Shown here: in pieces, positions 59,204 to 64,000 of the stretch
Layout: each line of letters begins with the position of its first letter
How positions within the stretch are numbered: position 1 is the stretch's first letter
Virus record (IMG/VR): IMGVR_UViG_3300012952_003952
Span: 96,001 to 160,000 of that record
Reading direction: 5' to 3' (one strand)
From: a virus
Lineage: Duplodnaviria; Caudoviricetes
DNA: 64,000 nt
Notes under the pieces: model-generated
Database searches by the model: none
What the model was told of the DNA's origin: nothing
The model's input: the letters and a program-made list of their open reading frames with translations, nothing else
Translations under genes and position numbers: made by a program

Positions 59204-62200
59204 GTGGCTACTGAAAAAGAATTACAAGCTCAGCTGAATATTCAGACTCAAATAAACAAAATGCTCCAAAAGCGAGCTGGTTTATTGAAAGGTGTCACGT
59301 CTGAAATAAGCGCCCAAGTCTCTATGGCGCAAGAGTTGTGTAAAGCTTTAGACTGCGAAGACCTCGACGGTATGAAAGAGCGTATGGAGGGTTTTGGCGA
59401 AGCTCTTAAACAAGCTAGAGAGGGTGCCGAAGGTGCTTCTTCTGCCACAGACCAGCTCGGAGACGCAGCAAAAAAATCAGCTAAGTCTGCAAAAAGTTTA
59501 GGCAGCGAATTAGCTGATCTATCTCCTAAAGCTGTAGCCGCAGCTTCTGCTATAGACGCTATTGGAGGAGTGAAAAATACGCTTAGCTCTGTATGGGATA
59601 CTGTCACCGGGCTCGGTAGTTCTTTAATGAATATAGGCGGATCTATATTGGGAGCTGTGTCTTCTGGAATTGGATTCTTGGCAAACGCATCAATGCAGGC
59701 AGGAAACGCTAATGTAGGTTTTGCCAATGCGATGAATAAGCTTAATGGAACCTTTGGAGAAGCGAGTGCCCAAGCTAACAATGTAAATGCTGCGTTTAAC
59801 AATCTTAAATCAGGTGGAGACGCAATGTCCCAGGCGGGGGTGAGCTTAAGGGATATTTATGGCGCCGGGCCAGATGGCCTAGCTGCTGCAATGGAAGATA
59901 TTACAGCGCTAGCTGAAGAAATGGGTACTGAATTTAATAAGCTCGGTGATGATTTTGCAAAAAATACCGGCTTATACATGAACGCATATAAAGGTTTAGG
60001 CCTCACCGGCGAAGCTATAAGCGAAATAAATAGAAGAGCTCGCTCCGAAGGAAGAGACGCTTCAGATTATCTTGCCGAACAAGCAAGATCAGTAACCATG
60101 CTATCTAGGAAATATGGACTATCTGCTAAACAGATTGGTAAAAATTTAGATGAAATGGCGAAAGACTATGAAACTTTCGGTGGATTGAGCCAAACTGAAA
60201 TGGCGGCTACTGCTGCATTCGCTGCAAAACTTGGGGTAGAGATGAAAGCTCTCCAAGGCATCACAGCTAAAACCGACGACTTTGAAGGCGCGGCCCAAGC
60301 AGCCTCAGAATTAGCTGCTTCTTTCGGTATGACCGTTGACGCTATGGAAATGATGTCTGCAGATCCTGCTGAAAAAGCTGAGATGGTCAGGCAAGCTTTC
60401 TTAGAGACTGGAAAATCTTTCGAAGACATGAGCCGCCAAGAAAAAGCTAGAATGGCTGAAATAACTGGAATGGGCGGAAAAGACCTTGCAGGGTTGTTCG
60501 ATCCAGCAAATGCAGATATAGGTTTAGATGAAATGCAAGCTGCAGCTGAAGATGCTGCAGATGGCGCCATCACTCAAGAAGAAGCTAATATGCACCTAGC
60601 TAAATCTATCACCAAGCTCACCGAAGCTTTTGGCGGTATGACCCAAGTTGGAGGTCCCTTTGATGCGTTTTTACAAGGCATCACCCAAGGTATCATGAAG
60701 TCTCCACAGATGCAAAAGATTCTTGAGAACTTCCGCGAAGTCTTAATGATTATCTTTGACGCTGGTAAACAGATTGGTAAACTCTTTATGGAGCTGTTTC
60801 CAGGCATGGACCAATTTGCTACTGGCTTAGGAGAGCTGCTTAATCCAGAACAGTGGCGCGCCGCAATGGGCGAAGTGGTAGATGCTTTTAGAGACTTCTT
60901 TAATCTTTTAGAGTCTGATCCTGAGCAAGCTATGGAGAATTTGATAGATAAGATTAAAGAGATCTTTGGTAATTTCTTCGGCGGCAATGAAGGCGCAAGC
61001 ATGATGCAAGAAGGCTTCGCGAAAATGTGGTCCGCGATCAAAGCAATCACTGGCTTCTTGGCTAAGAAACTTGCAGAAGTAATGTATGACGTAATTGTAG
61101 AGCTAGTTAAGACGCCAGAATTTAAAAAGGGTATGGCGATTCTCGGAGCCGCAATTACGGCTAAAACAGCTCTTGGATTAATATTAGGCGCAGCTAAAGC
61201 AGTTATTGCTGCTAAGCTTAAAGACATGCTGATGAAAAAATTCGCGCCTGGCTTAGCTGATGGAGCGAAACAAGCTGGCGAAGCAGCTGGCGACGCTGCA
61301 GGCGAAGGAATGTCTGAAGGCGTAGAACAACAAAAATCCATAATAGAAACGCTCAGAGATATAAAACAATCGGATATAACAAAAGCTTTTAAGATCGGCC
61401 TGTATTTAGTTGGCTTCGTTATGATAGCTATGGTTGGATTAGCTACAGCGTTTATGGTAGTTTCTAAAATTATTAGTGTACTCAGCCCGCAAGAGCTAGC
61501 TCAAGGGATCGTAGGTCTCGGAGCTGCGCTAGCTGCAACATACGTCATGATTAGACTGGCTAAAATGATGAAAGAAGCCGATATTCTTAAAGCTGGCATT
61601 GGAATGCTGGCTGCCGGCCTCATGTTCAAGATAAGCGGCAAAATGTACGCAGAGGGGCTTAGAGATATACACAGTATCTTAGAAGGTATTGATCTCATGA
61701 GAATGGTTGAAGTCATGGGTATGCTGGGAATGGCACTCTTGGCCACTTGGGGAATGATACTTTTGGGTTCATTATTGGTAGCTGATGGCGGAATGATGAT
61801 GGCTATGACTACTCTTGGTATGCTCGCAGCTGGTCTAATGTTTATGGTTACCGCACCAATATTTGGGTTAGGGTTAGTAACATTACATGATATCATGGAT
61901 GGTATTGATCTTATGAGAATGATAGAAGTCATGGGTATGTTAGGCATGGCTCTATTAGCTACATGGGGAATGATAGCAGTTGGAGCGATGCTGGGAACTG
62001 CCTTGGTTCCAATAGCTCTTGCTGTTCTTGGGTCTATTGCTGCTGGAGGATTATTTGGCGTAATGGCTGAACACATGGGCAATTCCCTAGTTCTTTTCTA
62101 CCAGACGATGTCTGGAGTAGATGGACAAAGATTATCTATCTTAATGGGAAATCTTATCGTAGCTCTCGGTGCAGTGCTCTTGTTTTTACCAGTCGCTGCC

Positions 62201-63982
62201 GCCTTTGGTTTAATGTTAGCTCTTCAGCCATTTGGCGGAGCTGGAATAAAATTAATAAAAGCAGGCTTTGGAGTGCTTGGTGAATTTGCTGAATCAATGG
62301 TCAATGCTATGGCTCCAGCCCTGATATTAATTGCAAATATGCCACTTGGAGATCCAAAACAACTCTTTTTGAAAATCATGGCTATTGTAGCGTTGCTTCA
62401 GACTGTCCATTCTTTTAGTGGGGTAGCGATAGCCTTGGCTGGGCTAGAGTTAATAAATCAAGAAATGGGTGGAGACTCAGGCACTATAATGGAAGGTGCA
62501 GCTAAGTTCATGGACTCTATGATGGGCGGCTTGTCTGAAATGATTCAAGCAATGACTCTGCTCACCGCCCTTATAAGATTAGAAGACATTCCTAAACTAG
62601 AAGCTATTGGAGCAATAATAGGAGCTATTGCAAGCGTAATACAAGCGATTCAGCCTCCTCCTGGTTTATTAGAGGCGATGAAACCCTCGACAACCATAAG
62701 TTGGAGAGGCGTAAGCACCCAGGCTGCACCAGTTGGAGCTATATTAAAATCATACTCTGAAGCAGTTACTGGAATGATGAAGTCGATGACCACTCTACTT
62801 CCTCCATTTTTCCAAGCCATCATGACCGTAGATTTAGGAGACGATCCAGAAAAAGCTAAAATAAAGATGGAGGCTATATCAGGCGTGATCAAAGCTATTG
62901 GACAGTTTGCTAAAGATATAGGCGAAATATCTGCTATGATCATGTGCATGAACTATGAACAGCAAAGTTGGGCATTCGGTGGGCCAAAAATGGCTGATAC
63001 TATTAGGGAGTTTAATAAATCTTTAAGGGTGATCATGAAAGCTGTTAGAGATTACATGCCAGCGCTATTAGAAAGTGTAATCGAAGCAGCTAAAAATATT
63101 GATGGCTCAGAAAAATCTATAAAGAAAATGGAAGTAGTCTCTATGGCTATTTCAGCAATTGGACAATTTGCTTCTGGCATTGGAGCTATGTCTGATCTAG
63201 TTCCCCAAGACGATAGCTGGAATCCGTTTGCAGATAAACCAGATCGTCTGGGCGAAATGACAAAAATGATAACTGGAATTGTAACTAGCGTCAAAGATAC
63301 GCTTCCTGGTCTCGTCACCGCACTACTTTCAGTAAACGTGCAGTCTGGCGCTGGAGAGAAATTAGACATAATAAGTCGAGTAATAGATGAGATGTCTCAT
63401 TTCACTAGTACGCTCGGAGGCATGGCTGGAGAGATGGAAGATCCAGCCGGCTTTGCAGAGTGGAAGACAAAATTGGCTTCAGTAATGGGTACCATTATAC
63501 AGTTGATCGACCCAACGATATTTAACTCAGAATTACCTGAAGGTCAAGCTAGTCTAAAACAAGTAGTGGAAGCCCTGGGAACCATGACAGGCCTCGAAGC
63601 TGCTGCAACAAACATGGAAAATATGGCTACTTTCATGACGCATCTTGCGACTTTTGGACAAAAGATGGAAGTAGTTGGCCAGATGATGATGGATTTTACA
63701 GCTGACTCCGTTGCCGAAAGTGTTGGAGCGGCTATTACTGCATATAATCAGACTGGAATAGAGTTGGCTAGAATTCGCCATTTTGATATAAACGCTGTCA
63801 TGGAAGACGTTGGCACCGCTCTCTCAGTTAGAAGGCAACAGGTTACAGTAGAAGATAACGGTATTAGTATTGTAATGAACCTTAATGTTACTATGGAAGC
63901 TGATGATGTGGCTAACGTATTAGTAGATAAAAACCTTGTAGTGGCTGGAACAGCGCTAGAAGGTCAAGGTGACGTAAACTAA
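59204..63982 (+). CDS. Tape measure protein (1592 aa)
   Basis: Long Ala/Gly/Met-rich helical protein downstream of tube and chaperone genes, with a hydrophobic repeat block; GTG start. Confidence 0.85.
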   Translation: MATEKELQAQLNIQTQINKMLQKRAGLLKGVTSEISAQVSMAQELCKALDCEDLDGMKERMEGFGEALKQAREGAEGASSATDQLGDAAKKSAKSAKSLGSELADLSPKAVAAASAIDAIGGVKNTLSSVWDTVTGLGSSLMNIGGSILGAVSSGIGFLANASMQAGNANVGFANAMNKLNGTFGEASAQANNVNAAFNNLKSGGDAMSQAGVSLRDIYGAGPDGLAAAMEDITALAEEMGTEFNKLGDDFAKNTGLYMNAYKGLGLTGEAISEINRRARSEGRDASDYLAEQARSVTMLSRKYGLSAKQIGKNLDEMAKDYETFGGLSQTEMAATAAFAAKLGVEMKALQGITAKTDDFEGAAQAASELAASFGMTVDAMEMMSADPAEKAEMVRQAFLETGKSFEDMSRQEKARMAEITGMGGKDLAGLFDPANADIGLDEMQAAAEDAADGAITQEEANMHLAKSITKLTEAFGGMTQVGGPFDAFLQGITQGIMKSPQMQKILENFREVLMIIFDAGKQIGKLFMELFPGMDQFATGLGELLNPEQWRAAMGEVVDAFRDFFNLLESDPEQAMENLIDKIKEIFGNFFGGNEGASMMQEGFAKMWSAIKAITGFLAKKLAEVMYDVIVELVKTPEFKKGMAILGAAITAKTALGLILGAAKAVIAAKLKDMLMKKFAPGLADGAKQAGEAAGDAAGEGMSEGVEQQKSIIETLRDIKQSDITKAFKIGLYLVGFVMIAMVGLATAFMVVSKIISVLSPQELAQGIVGLGAALAATYVMIRLAKMMKEADILKAGIGMLAAGLMFKISGKMYAEGLRDIHSILEGIDLMRMVEVMGMLGMALLATWGMILLGSLLVADGGMMMAMTTLGMLAAGLMFMVTAPIFGLGLVTLHDIMDGIDLMRMIEVMGMLGMALLATWGMIAVGAMLGTALVPIALAVLGSIAAGGLFGVMAEHMGNSLVLFYQTMSGVDGQRLSILMGNLIVALGAVLLFLPVAAAFGLMLALQPFGGAGIKLIKAGFGVLGEFAESMVNAMAPALILIANMPLGDPKQLFLKIMAIVALLQTVHSFSGVAIALAGLELINQEMGGDSGTIMEGAAKFMDSMMGGLSEMIQAMTLLTALIRLEDIPKLEAIGAIIGAIASVIQAIQPPPGLLEAMKPSTTISWRGVSTQAAPVGAILKSYSEAVTGMMKSMTTLLPPFFQAIMTVDLGDDPEKAKIKMEAISGVIKAIGQFAKDIGEISAMIMCMNYEQQSWAFGGPKMADTIREFNKSLRVIMKAVRDYMPALLESVIEAAKNIDGSEKSIKKMEVVSMAISAIGQFASGIGAMSDLVPQDDSWNPFADKPDRLGEMTKMITGIVTSVKDTLPGLVTALLSVNVQSGAGEKLDIISRVIDEMSHFTSTLGGMAGEMEDPAGFAEWKTKLASVMGTIIQLIDPTIFNSELPEGQASLKQVVEALGTMTGLEAAATNMENMATFMTHLATFGQKMEVVGQMMMDFTADSVAESVGAAITAYNQTGIELARIRHFDINAVMEDVGTALSVRRQQVTVEDNGISIVMNLNVTMEADDVANVLVDKNLVVAGTALEGQGDVN
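61601..62240 (+). repeat. Tandem ~72-aa hydrophobic repeats inside the tape measure protein
   Basis: GMLAAGLMF...IDLMRMxEVMGMLGMALLATWGMI recurs at a 216-nt period (61601, 61817), with a third degenerate copy at 62030. Confidence 0.8.
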
Positions 63983-63994
63983 GGAGAGATAAAA

Positions 63995-64000
63995 ATGTCC
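63995..64000 (+). CDS. Start of the next gene (truncated by the window edge)
   Basis: AAGGAG SD then ATG TCC at the window end. Confidence 0.5.

Noticed and set aside
1607-63781. Numerous minus-strand and short alternate-frame ORFs in the six-frame track
   Set aside because: They lie inside long + strand genes with recognisable motifs, lack SD sites, and show the composition expected of antisense shadows of Gly/Ala/Thr/Glu-rich genes.
1-64000. Stop-codon reassignment (seen in some large phages)
   Set aside because: TAA, TGA and TAG all end genes at sensible boundaries (e.g. TAG at 29098 and 35476) and conserved proteins are full-length in the standard code.
1-64000. CRISPR array, tRNA/rRNA genes, IS elements, group I introns, DGR template/variable repeats
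   Set aside because: No regularly spaced repeats, cloverleaf, transposase, homing endonuclease or reverse transcriptase was seen by eye; intergenic gaps are short. A tRNAscan/Infernal run would be needed to exclude small RNAs formally.

Overview
This 64 kb window is the virion-morphogenesis region of a large, AT-rich, contractile-tailed dsDNA phage with a T4-superfamily-type head and tail module; gene sizes suggest a jumbo phage. All credible genes lie on the + strand, use the standard code and are densely packed, and many have GGAG Shine-Dalgarno (SD) sites. From left to right: large Ser/Gly/Thr-rich fibre or structural genes (1-10.7 kb); uncharacterised, probably baseplate-region genes, one carrying an N-terminal Hint (intein-like) domain (10.8-28.5 kb); a RuvC-like resolvase, a primase and a single-chain Mre11-Rad50 (SbcD-SbcC, gp47-gp46) fusion; terminase large subunit, portal, prohead protease, small head-cluster genes and a probable scaffold; TWO tandem major capsid protein genes; neck gp13/gp14 and gp15-like genes; TWO tail sheath genes, one tail tube gene, a gp26-like tail/hub assembly chaperone with a candidate +1/-2 frameshift extension, and a tape measure protein. 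The strongest signal is the capsid gene pair: the shell-forming regions are about 97-99% identical in protein but heavily diverged at synonymous sites, nearly all protein divergence falls in the predicted surface insertion domain, and a hairpin separates the two genes. This suggests a maintained two-subunit (mosaic or hexon/penton) capsid. Other leads are the Hint auto-processing domain, the frameshift site, a palindrome-filled sigma70-like promoter predicting a leaderless primase mRNA, and a recurrent TGAATAWTTA / (A/C)TANTTA upstream motif. Functional calls come from motif recognition by eye; no database searches were run.
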